Below are positions 28,995-39,373 of a stretch of 64,000 nt of DNA, piece by piece. Each line of letters opens with the position of its first letter. Within the stretch, counting starts at the first letter, position 1. The stretch lies in assembly GCA_963748215.1 (NCBI GenBank), contig CAVVHS010000006.1, positions 128,001 through 192,000 on the forward strand, in the 5' to 3' direction. The translations under genes and the position numbers were made by a program. A model generated the notes under the pieces. The model was given only the letters and a program-made list of their open reading frames with translations, searched no databases and had not been told where the DNA came from. This stretch comes from an uncultured Gammaproteobacteria bacterium. GTDB lineage: Bacteria; Pseudomonadota; Gammaproteobacteria; UBA9214.

Positions 28995-30593
28995 ATGCAA
29001 CGGCGAATCGCAACCCGACTTTCGATCGTCCTGGTCATTATCGTGGCCACGAGCGCCATTCTCATGGGTATCGCGGTCACCCAGTCGGGTACCCACCTGC
29101 TGATCAATGCCTCCACGGCGCGGCTGGCCCAGGAAAGCAAGGTCGTGTCGATCCGCTTGCAGGATATTTTCGAGTTTGTGCGGCGCGATATCGAATTCCT
29201 GGTGCGCAGTCCGGCCGTGCATGCCGTGGTGAACGCCATGGACAGCGGCGTGGCAGATGCCGCCGAGGCCGCCGCTGTCGCACCGGCCAGGGCCCGACTG
29301 CAGGAGGTATTTGCGGCTTTACTCAACAATCACCCCTGGTATGTGCAGCTCCGCCTGATCGGGGCGGCCGATGAGGGCAGGGAACTGGTGCGTGTCGACC
29401 AGGTGCAAGGGCAGGTCCGGCGCGTGCCCGAAGCCGCGTTGCAGCGCGAGACCGAGCGTGAATACTTTCTGCAGATACTGGACAAGCCGCCAGGCGAGCT
29501 GTCCTGGTCTGAAATCGACCTGAACCGGGAGCAGGGACAGATCGTCGAACCCGCGCAGCCGGTATTGCGTGCCGGATTGGCGGTTGCAGGCAAGGATGGC
29601 AAACCCTTCGCTATTGTAATTATCAATCTCGATATACGCCGGGTGTTCGACGTGGCGCGGGAGATGGTTACACCCGATCTCACGCTCTACATCGCGAATC
29701 AGGTGGGTGACTATCTTTGTCACCCCGATCCGGACAAGACCTTCGGTTTCGAACGTGACCGGCGCTTTCAGATCCAGGATGACTTCACCGAGGCGGTGTT
29801 TCAGCCGAAGGCCGGTGGTGCCGGTGTGGTGCTGGAGGATGTCCTGCCTGCGGGTGCCGAGGAGCCGGTAGTGGCCTACGTCAGCCGCTTGCCGCTGGAG
29901 ACAACCAGTGGCAACGACCTGATGATTGCCCTGACCATGCCACGCGCGCTCATCCTCGCGGATGTGAACCAGGCCCGGCGCCGGAATGCGGCACTCATGA
30001 TCCCGTTCATACTGATCGGTGCCATGGTGGTGGTCTGGATGGTGCGGGTGTTTATCGCGCCGCTGGAACGGGTCACGCGTGAAGTCAGCCGTTACGCACC
30101 GGGCCGCCCCCCGCAATTGCCCGAGCAGAGCAGGCAGGATGAAGTGGGCCAGCTGGCGCAGGCCTTTGCCAGCATGGCCGGTCGTATCGAGCAGCAGGTA
30201 ACGGAGCTGGAGATGCAGGGCAAGCGTTTCCGGAGCCTGTTCGAGGCAGTGCCGGATGCCGTCCTGATCATCGACCAGGATGGCAGCGTGGAATATTCAA
30301 ATCCTGCAACGGAACGCCTGTTCGGCTATACGGCCGAAGAACTGCATGGCCGGAATATCAAGCTGTTGATGCCCGAACCGTACCGGGGACACCATGATGA
30401 TTATCTGCGACGCTACATGGCTGGCGGGGAAGCGCATATCATCGGTATCGGGCGCAAGGTCGTGGGCCTGCACAAGGACGGGAAGACCATGCCCCTGTAC
30501 CTGTCCATCGGCGAGTTCACATTGCAGGGTCGGCGCAAGTTCACCGGTATCCTGCATGATATCTCGGCGCATTCACGCGACCGGTCTGAGTAA
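28995..30593 (+). CDS. Membrane sensor: periplasmic Cache-like domain, HAMP and FixL-type PAS, with no output domain
   Basis: Two TMs, DEVGQLAQAFASM (HAMP), LMPEPYRGHHDDYLRRY...IIGIGR...HKDG (PAS); stops just after PAS. Confidence 0.85.
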   Translation: MQRRIATRLSIVLVIIVATSAILMGIAVTQSGTHLLINASTARLAQESKVVSIRLQDIFEFVRRDIEFLVRSPAVHAVVNAMDSGVADAAEAAAVAPARARLQEVFAALLNNHPWYVQLRLIGAADEGRELVRVDQVQGQVRRVPEAALQRETEREYFLQILDKPPGELSWSEIDLNREQGQIVEPAQPVLRAGLAVAGKDGKPFAIVIINLDIRRVFDVAREMVTPDLTLYIANQVGDYLCHPDPDKTFGFERDRRFQIQDDFTEAVFQPKAGGAGVVLEDVLPAGAEEPVVAYVSRLPLETTSGNDLMIALTMPRALILADVNQARRRNAALMIPFILIGAMVVVWMVRVFIAPLERVTREVSRYAPGRPPQLPEQSRQDEVGQLAQAFASMAGRIEQQVTELEMQGKRFRSLFEAVPDAVLIIDQDGSVEYSNPATERLFGYTAEELHGRNIKLLMPEPYRGHHDDYLRRYMAGGEAHIIGIGRKVVGLHKDGKTMPLYLSIGEFTLQGRRKFTGILHDISAHSRDRSE

Positions 30594-31085
30594 CAGGCCT
30601 TCGGCGCTTGCTTAGCAGGCAACAAAGACCACACCTTGTAGAATCTGACTGCCTCGACCTGGCGACTGTTGCTGCCCGCCTGCTGCAACACTTCTGAAAT
30701 CCGGGGCTCCCTCGAGGATCAGCCTGCCAGGCAGGGTTGAAGCAGCGGGCAGGATGCATGCCGCCAGTGTGCCGGGCGATGGCAATACTGCAAGTAAAGA
30801 ATCATATAAATACAATAAATGTATGTTAAATATAGAAAATGTTAATATTTAAGGATGCCGGCGCTTTCTGCCAGCATGATGCGCCGGCACGGACCGGCTG
30901 CCTGCGAATGACCCGGCTTGACCTATGGGGTGGTCGGGTGGTCTCGAAATCGTGTAATGTGATTCCGTCCGTCCTGTTCTGAACGACGGATTATCAGGGG
31001 CGTGTTGCGGAGTCCGTTACCGTCGGCTATCCGCGAGTCATGTTCCGGTCTGAAGCCAGCACAACCGTTGTGAGCGAGCAGTTAT

Positions 31086-32471
31086 ATGGAACAGAAAGTC
31101 TCGTTCGATGCCGACCTGATCAGGCGTTATGACTACGCCGGCCCGCGTTACACCTCCTATCCCACGGCGGTGCAGTTTCACGAGGGTTTCACCGAGGCCG
31201 AGTACCGGACTCACGCCCTGGCCACCAATGACAGCGGCCGGCCCCTGTCGCTGTATTTTCATATCCCGTTCTGCGCGCGCCTGTGCTTCTACTGCGCCTG
31301 CAACAAGGTGGTGACCAAGAACCGGGCGCATGCGCTGCCCTATTTGCAGGACCTGCACCGGGAAATCGCCATGCAGGGCGAGCTGTTCGATAACGACCGG
31401 CGTGTCGACCAGCTGCACTGGGGCGGGGGTACGCCGACCTTTCTGAGCCACGAACAGATGACCGAGCTCATGCAGGTGACGGCCAGGCATTTCAATCTGC
31501 GCGGCGATGACACCGGCGAGTATTCAATAGAGGTGGATCCCAGGGAGGCCGATGCAGAGACCATCGCGCTGCTGCGCGGTATCGGTTTCAACCGCATCAG
31601 CCTGGGTGTGCAGGATCTCGAGGAGCGTGTGCAGCGGGCGGTCAACCGGCTGCAGCCCGAAGAGCAGACGCTCGCCATCATGGACGCGGCGCGCGCACAC
31701 GGCTTCAAGTCCATCAACACCGACCTGATCTACGGCCTGCCGTTCCAGAGCGTGGAATCCTTTGCGCGGACGCTGGATCGCGTGATCGAGTTCGGCCCGG
31801 ATCGCCTGTCCGTCTTCAACTACGCGCATATGCCGCACCTGTTCAAGCCGCAGCGGCGCATCATCGAGACGGACCTGCCGTCGCCTGCCGAGAAGCTGGA
31901 GATACTCCAGCTCACCATCGAACGCCTGACCGGCGCGGGGTATGTCTATATCGGCATGGATCATTTCGCCAGGCCCGATGACGAGCTGGCCCGGGCCCAG
32001 CAGGAGGGCAGGCTGTACCGGAATTTCCAGGGCTATTCGACCCATGCCGGGTGTGACCTGGTCGCCATGGGCATCACCTCGATCGGCAGCGTCGGAATTA
32101 CCTATGCGCAGAATGTGAAAACCCTCGAGGCGTATCACGAACGCATCGACAGCGGGCACCTGCCGGTGTACCGGGGCGTGGTGCTCAGTGCGGACGATGT
32201 CCTCAGAAGGAATGTCATCACAGACCTTATTTGTCATTTTTACCTGGATATACACGTCATCGAGGAAAAATATCAAATCGCGTTCAACGACTATTTCAGC
32301 AGCGTGATCGGGCAGCTCGAGGCCATGCAGGATGACGGCCTGCTGACCGTCGACGCACAGGCGATCAGGGTGCTGCCGGCCGGACGCCTCTTGATCAGGA
32401 ATATCTGCATGGCCTTCGACAGCTATCTCCAGGGCCGGCCGGAGAAAAAAGCCTTCTCCAGGGTGATCTAG
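31086..32471 (+). CDS. hemN: Oxygen-independent coproporphyrinogen III oxidase
   Basis: GPRYTSYPTA, YFHIPFCARLCFYCAC, RNFQGY, FSRVI. Confidence 0.97.
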   Translation: MEQKVSFDADLIRRYDYAGPRYTSYPTAVQFHEGFTEAEYRTHALATNDSGRPLSLYFHIPFCARLCFYCACNKVVTKNRAHALPYLQDLHREIAMQGELFDNDRRVDQLHWGGGTPTFLSHEQMTELMQVTARHFNLRGDDTGEYSIEVDPREADAETIALLRGIGFNRISLGVQDLEERVQRAVNRLQPEEQTLAIMDAARAHGFKSINTDLIYGLPFQSVESFARTLDRVIEFGPDRLSVFNYAHMPHLFKPQRRIIETDLPSPAEKLEILQLTIERLTGAGYVYIGMDHFARPDDELARAQQEGRLYRNFQGYSTHAGCDLVAMGITSIGSVGITYAQNVKTLEAYHERIDSGHLPVYRGVVLSADDVLRRNVITDLICHFYLDIHVIEEKYQIAFNDYFSSVIGQLEAMQDDGLLTVDAQAIRVLPAGRLLIRNICMAFDSYLQGRPEKKAFSRVI

Positions 32472-32559
32472 CCTGCATTTCGCATTGGGGCAGGCGCTGT
32501 AAAAAATACCCGCTCTTCATTGCCGTGTTCGTATCGCTTTTAAGGATGTGTCTATTATT

Positions 32560-33055
32560 GTAGGAGCGCATCTTATGCGCGATAGATAATGGCCACGGAA
32601 GCACACGGAAGCACACGAAAATTACATGCAAGATGCGTCGAGACGTGAGACGTGAGACGTGAGTAGGGTGCGTTTTACGCACCGAACGGTGCACAAAGTG
32701 CACCCTACAAAAAATAAGGGCCACGGAATGCACGGAACAACACAGAAATGAGACCGTAGGGTGCGTTTTACGCACCGGCAGCGGTGCACGAAGTGCATCC
32801 TACAAAAATAAGGGCCACGGAATCCACGGAAGAACACGGAAAAATCAAATGCAAGACGCGTGAGACGTGAGACGAAGCTGTAGCACCAAACGGTGCACAA
32901 AGTGCACCCTACACCCTCTATTGAAGGTAGGAGCGCATCTCATGCGCGATCGATAATGGCCACGGAAGCGCATGGAATGACACGGAAAAATCAAATGCAA
33001 GACGCGTCGAGACGTGAGACGTGAGCATTAAATCGTAGGGTGCGCTGTGCGCACC
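32560..33055. repeat. Composite array of GTAG REPs, CACGGAA triads and GAGACGT heptamers
   Basis: About 15 modules in shuffled order, the same modules as at 22922-23927. Confidence 0.92.
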
Positions 33056-33222
33056 TGCAGGCGTGCATCAACGCACCCCGCATTCTATTCCCGCTCCCCG
33101 GCGCTCTCCTGAAGCGGTGGAAAATATCGGCCGCATGGCCGGTCGATCCGGGTTTGCCGTTGGATTATTCACCCTGTCCGGCTGTAACCCGTATCCCCCG
33201 GACAGAACCCGCAGCCGCCCGT

Positions 33223-34863
33223 TCAGTACTCCGGATAGAACATCAGGTCCGCTATCATTTGCTGCAGATCCTGCGGCTGTTCCGCGTCGGCCAGACCGGC
33301 ATCCCAGGCGGCACGCGCCACCTCCATGGCAATGGCGGTCGATACCCTGCGAATGTCGGTCAGGGGCGGGTACACCGTGCCCCTGGCAAGGTCCTGCCCG
33401 GAGACCATGGCCGCCAGGGCGCGAGCCGCCGCGAGGAACATGGCATCGCTGATGGTGCGCGCACGGCAGGCCAGTGTGCCGAGACCGATCCCGGGAAAGA
33501 CATAGGCATTGTTGCCCTGGCCCGGGCGCGAGATCCTGCCGTCGATCTCGACGGCGTCAAACGGGCTGCCGCTGGCGAACACCGCGCGCCCGTCACTCCA
33601 GCGGTAGGCCTGTTCGGCGGTACACTCGGCGCGCGAGGTGGGATTGGACAGTGCGAAAATCACCGGCCGTTCGTTGATCTGTGCCATCAGGCGGATGACC
33701 TGTTCGGTGAATATTCCGGGTGAGCCGGTCGCCCCGATCAGTACCTGGGGCCGCAGGTCGCGAATGGCGTCCACGAGACTGCGCGCGGGCACAGCGTGTG
33801 CGTAGTTGGCGAGATGCGCGGCGTGCGGGCCGTTGTCCTGCACTATCAGCCCGGAACGGTTCACGAACCACAGCCGGCTGCGCACCTGCCGTTTGTCCTG
33901 GCCGGCCTCGCATTGCGCGGCAACGATCAGGTCGGCGATCCCGGTGGCGGCGGAGCCGGCGCCGAGGAACAGGATGCGCTGGCCGGTGAAATCGGACCCG
34001 GTGATGCGGCACGCGGCCAGCAGGCCGGCCAGTACCACTGCAGCGGTGCCCTGGATGTCGTCGTTGAAGCACAGCACGCGTTCGCGGTAGCGATCCAGCA
34101 AGGCATAGGCGTTCGGTGTCAGGAAGTCCTCGAACTGGATCAGGGCAAGCGGGAACGCGTCCTGCACGGCCGCGACGAATTCGTCCACCAGTGACCGGTA
34201 GTCCGCGCCGCGCAGGCGCGGCCGGTCGATCCCGAGATAGAGCGGATCGCGGCGCAGGGTTTCGTTGTCGGTGCCGACGTCGAGCATCACCGGCATGCAT
34301 TGCTGCGGCGGAATGCCCGCGCAGGCGGTGTACAGCGCGAGCTTGCCGATCGGGATGCCCATGCCGTTGGCGCCCAGGTCGCCAAGCCCGAGGATGCGTT
34401 CGCCGTCGGTCACCACGATCAGGCGCACGTCCCGGGCCGGCCAGTTGTCCATGATGGTGCGTATCTGTCCGCGGTCCTGCGGGGTGATATAGAAACCGCG
34501 CGGCTGGCGGAAGATGTGCGCATATTCCTGGCAGGCCTGGCCGACCGTCGGCGTGTAGATCAGCGGCATGATCTCCTCGATGTGGTCGATCACCAGGCGG
34601 TAGAACAGACGCTCGTTGCGGTCCTGCAGGGCGAGCAGGAAGATGTAGCGTTCGATGTCATTTTCCTTGCGGCGCAGGTTGGCCAGTGCGCGTGCTTCCT
34701 GTGCCGCCAGGCTGGATACCCGCGCCGGCAGCAGGCCGCGCAGTCCGTAGCGGTCGCGCTCCGCCTCGGTAAATGCGGTACCCTTGTTGAATTCAGCTCG
34801 CTTCAGCAGGTCGTAGCCGCTCAGCAGCGGATGTAAAACCTGATGGTCGTCGGCCATGGCCAT
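33223..34863 (-). CDS. maeA: NAD(P)-dependent malic enzyme
   Basis: NKGTAFT, YTPTVG, TDGERILGLGDLG, FNDDIQGT, GAGSA, LSNPT. Confidence 0.95.
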   Translation of the reverse strand: MAMADDHQVLHPLLSGYDLLKRAEFNKGTAFTEAERDRYGLRGLLPARVSSLAAQEARALANLRRKENDIERYIFLLALQDRNERLFYRLVIDHIEEIMPLIYTPTVGQACQEYAHIFRQPRGFYITPQDRGQIRTIMDNWPARDVRLIVVTDGERILGLGDLGANGMGIPIGKLALYTACAGIPPQQCMPVMLDVGTDNETLRRDPLYLGIDRPRLRGADYRSLVDEFVAAVQDAFPLALIQFEDFLTPNAYALLDRYRERVLCFNDDIQGTAAVVLAGLLAACRITGSDFTGQRILFLGAGSAATGIADLIVAAQCEAGQDKRQVRSRLWFVNRSGLIVQDNGPHAAHLANYAHAVPARSLVDAIRDLRPQVLIGATGSPGIFTEQVIRLMAQINERPVIFALSNPTSRAECTAEQAYRWSDGRAVFASGSPFDAVEIDGRISRPGQGNNAYVFPGIGLGTLACRARTISDAMFLAAARALAAMVSGQDLARGTVYPPLTDIRRVSTAIAMEVARAAWDAGLADAEQPQDLQQMIADLMFYPEY

Positions 34864-35013
34864 AGCTCCTCGCGGCCGGTGCAGGCCGCAGCTGCTGCCG
34901 GCATTGTTGCCTGTGGCGGGGCGCGGGGCAGGCCGTCACCCCGGGCATGTGCCCGGGCGCGCAACACCGCGGAAGCCGTAATGTACCTGAAATGACCGGG
35001 TTTTGTGCGTTAC

Positions 35014-35027
35014 TTGACTGATATCAA
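35014..35027. promoter_or_regulatory. Putative FNR-family binding site
   Basis: TTGAC-TGAT-ATCAA (1 mismatch to TTGAT-N4-ATCAA) between divergent mae and ppk1. Confidence 0.5.
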
Positions 35028-35233
35028 CGTATATCATTCAATTGTGGGCTAACTAGTCATAGAAGCCCTGATTCGTTGAAAAATTTCCGTCATTGCGAGC
35101 GCGATGTACATGGATGTACAAGTGGCGCGTAAGGCATGGAGGAGGTGAAACCGGGAACCGGTTGAGAGACTGGCCTGGGCCATGCCGGGAGCGGCTAGTG
35201 CGGCAATCTCATGCCATGGAATCAGTTACTTAG

Positions 35234-35398
35234 GGAGGCTCTGATTAATTCGTCATTCCGGGCGTAGCCCGGACTTGATCCGGGGGGAGACCCGGAATCC
35301 AGGTGTTACAATTCAGGCCATTACTGGATTCCGGCCCCTGCCTTCGCAGGGGCAGGCTCTGAGCCGGAATGACGAGCATTGAATTAATCAGAGCTTCC
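35234..35398. mobile_element. IS5-like MITE carrying a CGTC-type REP doublet, nested in an older similar element (35061-35453)
   Basis: TIRs GGAGGCTCTGATTAATTC / GAATTAATCAGAGCTTCC (17/18 match); TTAG on both sides. Confidence 0.8.
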
Positions 35399-35484
35399 TT
35401 AGAGATTGCTTCGTCACTTTGATCCTTGCAATGTCGAATTAATCAGAGCGTCTTGAAAAATCAATCAGCGTCACGGGAGTCCAG

Positions 35485-37728
35485 ATGGCAACCAGTATTC
35501 ATTCGGTAACAACATCCGCAAAACCCGGTACCAAGCCGGCGACAAAGGATGCCGGGGCAGCAGGCACCGTCAAACCGGCGTGCAACATCGAGACGGACAG
35601 CCCGCAGTGTTACCTGAACCGGGAGCTGACCTGGCTCGAATTCAACCGCCGCGTAATGCATATGGCCGAGGACGAAGGCACGCCGCTGCTGGAACGCGTC
35701 AAGTATCTCGCCATCGTCAGCAGCAACATCGACGAGTTTTTCATGAAACGCATCGGCGGTCTGAAACAGCAGATCGCCGCGGGTATCCGCACACCGACTG
35801 TGGACGGGCGGACACCCTATGAACAGGTGATAGAGTGCCAGGCCGTGGTGCGCGATATCCACCAGCGGCAGAAGATTATCCTCGAACGCCTGCGTGAGCT
35901 GCTCAGGCATCATGATATTCGTATCGTGCCATATGCCGAACTGCCCGCGGATAAACAGGCGGCCCTTCGTGAAAACTTCAGCATCAATATATTCCCCCTG
36001 CTGACGCCACTGGCAATGGACCCGGGACACCCGTTCCCGTTTATCTCCAATCTCGCGCTGAACCTGCTGGTGACCCTGCGACACCCGGGTGGCAGTGCCA
36101 GCCATATAGCCCGTGTCAAGGTGCCGATCTCGGGGGATGTGGCGCCGCGCTTTATCAGTGTAGGCGATGGCAACACCTTCGTGACCCTGGATGATGTCGT
36201 CACGGCCAATATGGACATGCTGTTCCCGGGCATGGAGATTCTGTCCTGCGAGTTGTTCCGGGTGACCCGCAACGCCGTCGTGGAAGTCGATGAAGAAGAG
36301 GCGGATGACCTGCTGGAAATGATCGAATCCGAGCTGAGAGACCGCCATTTCGCACCGATCGTCCGCCTGCAGGTCGCGCATGGCATGAATCCCGTACATC
36401 GCGGCATGCTGGCCGCCGAGCTCGGGCTGGACGAGGAGGCGGACGTCTTCGAGGTCAATTCGCTCATGGGCATGCGCGACCTGTTCGAGATCGCATCCCT
36501 GGATATGCCGGAGCTGCACGATCCGGTGCATACCCCGATCGACCATACCCGCCTGGCGCATGACTCACGCAATATCTTCCACATCATTCGCGAGCACAAG
36601 GCACTGCTGCTGCAGCACCCCTATGAATCGTTTGCGACCAGCGTGGAGCGCTTCCTGCGCACCGCCAGCGAAGATCCCAAGGTGCTGGCGATCAAGATGA
36701 CGCTCTATCGCACCTCCGGGGAAGGCAAGGTCATAGAATCCCTGGTCCAGGCCGCCCTGAATGGCAAGCAGGTGGCGGTACTGGTCGAACTCAAGGCGCG
36801 CTTCGACGAGGCGAAGAACATCGGCTGGGCACGCCGACTCGAGCGGGTGGGTATCCACGTCACCTATGGTGTCGTCGGACTGAAGACGCACAGCAAGGTC
36901 ATTCTCGTGGTGCGCAAGGATTACAACGGTCTGCGCCGCTATGCGCACATCGGCACGGGCAACTACCATGCCGGTACCGCGCGAATGTACAGCGATCTCG
37001 GCATGCTGACCTGTGATCCGGACATTGCCCAGGACCTGACCGAATTGTTCAATTTCCTCACCGGCTATTCGCCACCGCCGCGTTACCGCAAGATACTTAC
37101 CTCGCCCTATGCCCTGAAAAAAGCGCTGCTCGAGAAAATCGAACGCGAGGTCAAAAACCACCGCCCCGAGTCGCCCGGTTTGATCCAGCTGAAGATGAAC
37201 GCACTCGAGGACGAGGACATCACCCGTGCGCTGTACCGTGCTTCCCAGGCGGGTGTCCGCATCGACCTGATCGTGCGGGATACCTGCCGGTTGCGGCCAC
37301 GTGTCCCGGGCCTGAGCGAGACGGTTCGCATTATCAGCGTGGTCGGACGTTTTCTGGAACACACCCGCATCTACTATTTCAAAAACAACGGCAGTGAAGA
37401 GTATTTCATCGGTTCCGCGGACCTGATGAAGCGTAACCTGGAAAGCCGAGTGGAAGTCGTCGCGCCGGTCGAGGAGCCGAAACTGCGCCAGGAGCTGCGC
37501 CTGATCCTGGATGCGCAGCTGTCCAGTCGCAGGAATGTCTGGGAAATGCAGTCCGATGGCAGCTACCTCGAGGTGCCGGACAGTGGCGAGAAGGAGTCAC
37601 GCAGTTGCCAGGACATCTTCATCGAACTGGCACAGAAACGTCAGGCGGCTGCACTCAAGCATCGGCAGGCCAAGCTGCGCAAGAAACTGCTGACGTACTT
37701 CCACAAGCGCGTGCAGAGCAACAAGTAA
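35485..37728 (+). CDS. ppk1: Polyphosphate kinase 1
   Basis: NRELTWLEFNRRV, HPFPFIS, HPYESF, ELKARFDE, LKTHSK, GRFLEH, SADLM. Confidence 0.97.
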   Translation: MATSIHSVTTSAKPGTKPATKDAGAAGTVKPACNIETDSPQCYLNRELTWLEFNRRVMHMAEDEGTPLLERVKYLAIVSSNIDEFFMKRIGGLKQQIAAGIRTPTVDGRTPYEQVIECQAVVRDIHQRQKIILERLRELLRHHDIRIVPYAELPADKQAALRENFSINIFPLLTPLAMDPGHPFPFISNLALNLLVTLRHPGGSASHIARVKVPISGDVAPRFISVGDGNTFVTLDDVVTANMDMLFPGMEILSCELFRVTRNAVVEVDEEEADDLLEMIESELRDRHFAPIVRLQVAHGMNPVHRGMLAAELGLDEEADVFEVNSLMGMRDLFEIASLDMPELHDPVHTPIDHTRLAHDSRNIFHIIREHKALLLQHPYESFATSVERFLRTASEDPKVLAIKMTLYRTSGEGKVIESLVQAALNGKQVAVLVELKARFDEAKNIGWARRLERVGIHVTYGVVGLKTHSKVILVVRKDYNGLRRYAHIGTGNYHAGTARMYSDLGMLTCDPDIAQDLTELFNFLTGYSPPPRYRKILTSPYALKKALLEKIEREVKNHRPESPGLIQLKMNALEDEDITRALYRASQAGVRIDLIVRDTCRLRPRVPGLSETVRIISVVGRFLEHTRIYYFKNNGSEEYFIGSADLMKRNLESRVEVVAPVEEPKLRQELRLILDAQLSSRRNVWEMQSDGSYLEVPDSGEKESRSCQDIFIELAQKRQAAALKHRQAKLRKKLLTYFHKRVQSNK

Positions 37729-38052
37729 TAAGGGCGTTTGACAATCGGTTGTCGGTACATCTCGACCGGCAGGCATGGTTAATCTTCTAGCCGGCCCGTT
37801 TGCATGTCCACGCTTGCCGCCGTGCAGGAGGATCTACGAGACGGATCGCCTCGGCCTGGGGAGGGAATATAAAAGAGAGATCATCGATGACTGCGAGCAG
37901 CGTGATCGAACTGTCCCCGGGGAATGGAAGCCGACCAGAAAATCCATTGCAGCCCTGGCGCAGTCAGATCCGTCGGTTGCCAGTAAAATCTTCATTATCA
38001 GGTTCCTTGTTTACCCGTGTTGTCTTGCCTGTCAGTTCCGCGCGGTATGACA

Positions 38053-38380
38053 TCATGCCGGATGTGCGCCACCGATGTTCAGGACATATTGCATAACGAT
38101 GTACGTAAAATACACGCCCAGCAACCACACGCCCTGCCAGCGGTAAAATACTCCGGCCGTGTTCATCGAGATAAATACCCGGAATGAGTACAGTATGATG
38201 AGCATGGCGGGGAAGTGGAAGTAGAAGAAATTGTCCGGTATCGCCAGCGGTGCCGTGGCAGTGGCCGCACCGATAACGAACAGGCAATTGAGGACATCGG
38301 CGCCGACAATATTGCCAACCGTGATCTCGGGATAACCCTTGCGCACCGCGGCAATCGCAGTCGTCAGTTCCGCAACGAGG
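38053..38380 (-). pseudogene. Ca2+/Na+ antiporter (YrbG-like), C-terminal fragment
   Basis: ELTTAIAAVRKG...GNIVGADVLN alpha-repeat; begins right after the upstream gene's stop; no N-terminus. Confidence 0.75.
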
Positions 38381-39094
38381 TCAGACGGCGGGCGCGCTGG
38401 TCAGGTGGTCGGCGTCAGCATCATCACCCGGGACCGGTGGGACGCTGATCGTTACCGGACCGTTTGACCAGGGCACCTTGATGCTGCCCGAACGCAGGAA
38501 CCCCGATTTCTTGCCAAGCTCATCGTAGCGTGTGCAGTTGCCGTCCCGGTCGAGGGTGAAATCCCCGATGTAGCGGTGCGAAACCTTCTGTTTTAGCTGG
38601 CTGGCGTAATCAAGGCCGAGAAAATGACTGACGAAGCCGCGGATGACGCCGGCATGCACGACCAGCAATATCGTGCTGTCAGGATGGCGTGCATTCTGTG
38701 ACAGCAGGAAATCGACGCTGCGCTTCTGCATCTGGCGGAAGCTTTCGCCTTCGGGGTAGACAAAGTCCGGGTCCTTCTTGTGTTGCGGGAGATGCTTCGT
38801 GACCCACTGCTTGCTTTTGTTGTACAGCGCACCGTAATTGACTTCATTCAGCTCCGCCGCATCGTGCACACAGAGGATGCTGTAATTGCGGGCATAGTGC
38901 ATGGCCGTGCGGCGTGCGCGTTCGAGGTGGCTGGAATAGACGCGATCGAAGCTGATTTCAAGCTCGCGCAGGCGGCCATCGATGTAGGCGATGTCGTCTC
39001 CCCAGTCCTTCGCGCGTGGTGCATCGCCCCAGCCCATGATCCGGCCGGAGGCATTCAGGAGGGTCTTGTAGTGCCTGACGACTATCGCGCGCAT
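38381..39094 (-). CDS. Histidine phosphatase (phosphoglycerate mutase superfamily)
   Basis: VVRHYKT (RHG variant), SSHLERARRT, LNEVNYG, PEGES, VVHAGVI. Confidence 0.88.
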   Translation of the reverse strand: MRAIVVRHYKTLLNASGRIMGWGDAPRAKDWGDDIAYIDGRLRELEISFDRVYSSHLERARRTAMHYARNYSILCVHDAAELNEVNYGALYNKSKQWVTKHLPQHKKDPDFVYPEGESFRQMQKRSVDFLLSQNARHPDSTILLVVHAGVIRGFVSHFLGLDYASQLKQKVSHRYIGDFTLDRDGNCTRYDELGKKSGFLRSGSIKVPWSNGPVTISVPPVPGDDADADHLTSAPAV

Positions 39095-39373
39095 ATTCAT
39101 CAAGTTAGCAAGTCAGGCGCGGCTTGTAAAAACATACCGACCGGTTGAAGCAATGCTGCGGGTGGCATTGCACCTCGCAGGCGTCACTGGCTGGATGCCA
39201 AGCGATTGAATAATATGGGCTTAAGTGGTGAATGTGCGGCTGCCCGCCCGGTAGGGGCGCGTCCGGTGCGGCCGCATGAAGAAAATGCCTGTCAAGCCGA
39301 ATTGCTAATGTACTATCGTCAGCGATAATCCGATTGTACCCCGCATTTGACGGGATCCGGCAAGGTGTCGCAT

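Noticed and set aside
30790-30855. AT-rich patch upstream of hemN
   Set aside because: Consistent with a promoter region, but no specific motif could be assigned
37775-38050. Possible ParE/RelE toxin remnant (YETDRLGLGREYKRE)
   Set aside because: Only a short, weak resemblance with no antitoxin; cannot be supported without a search
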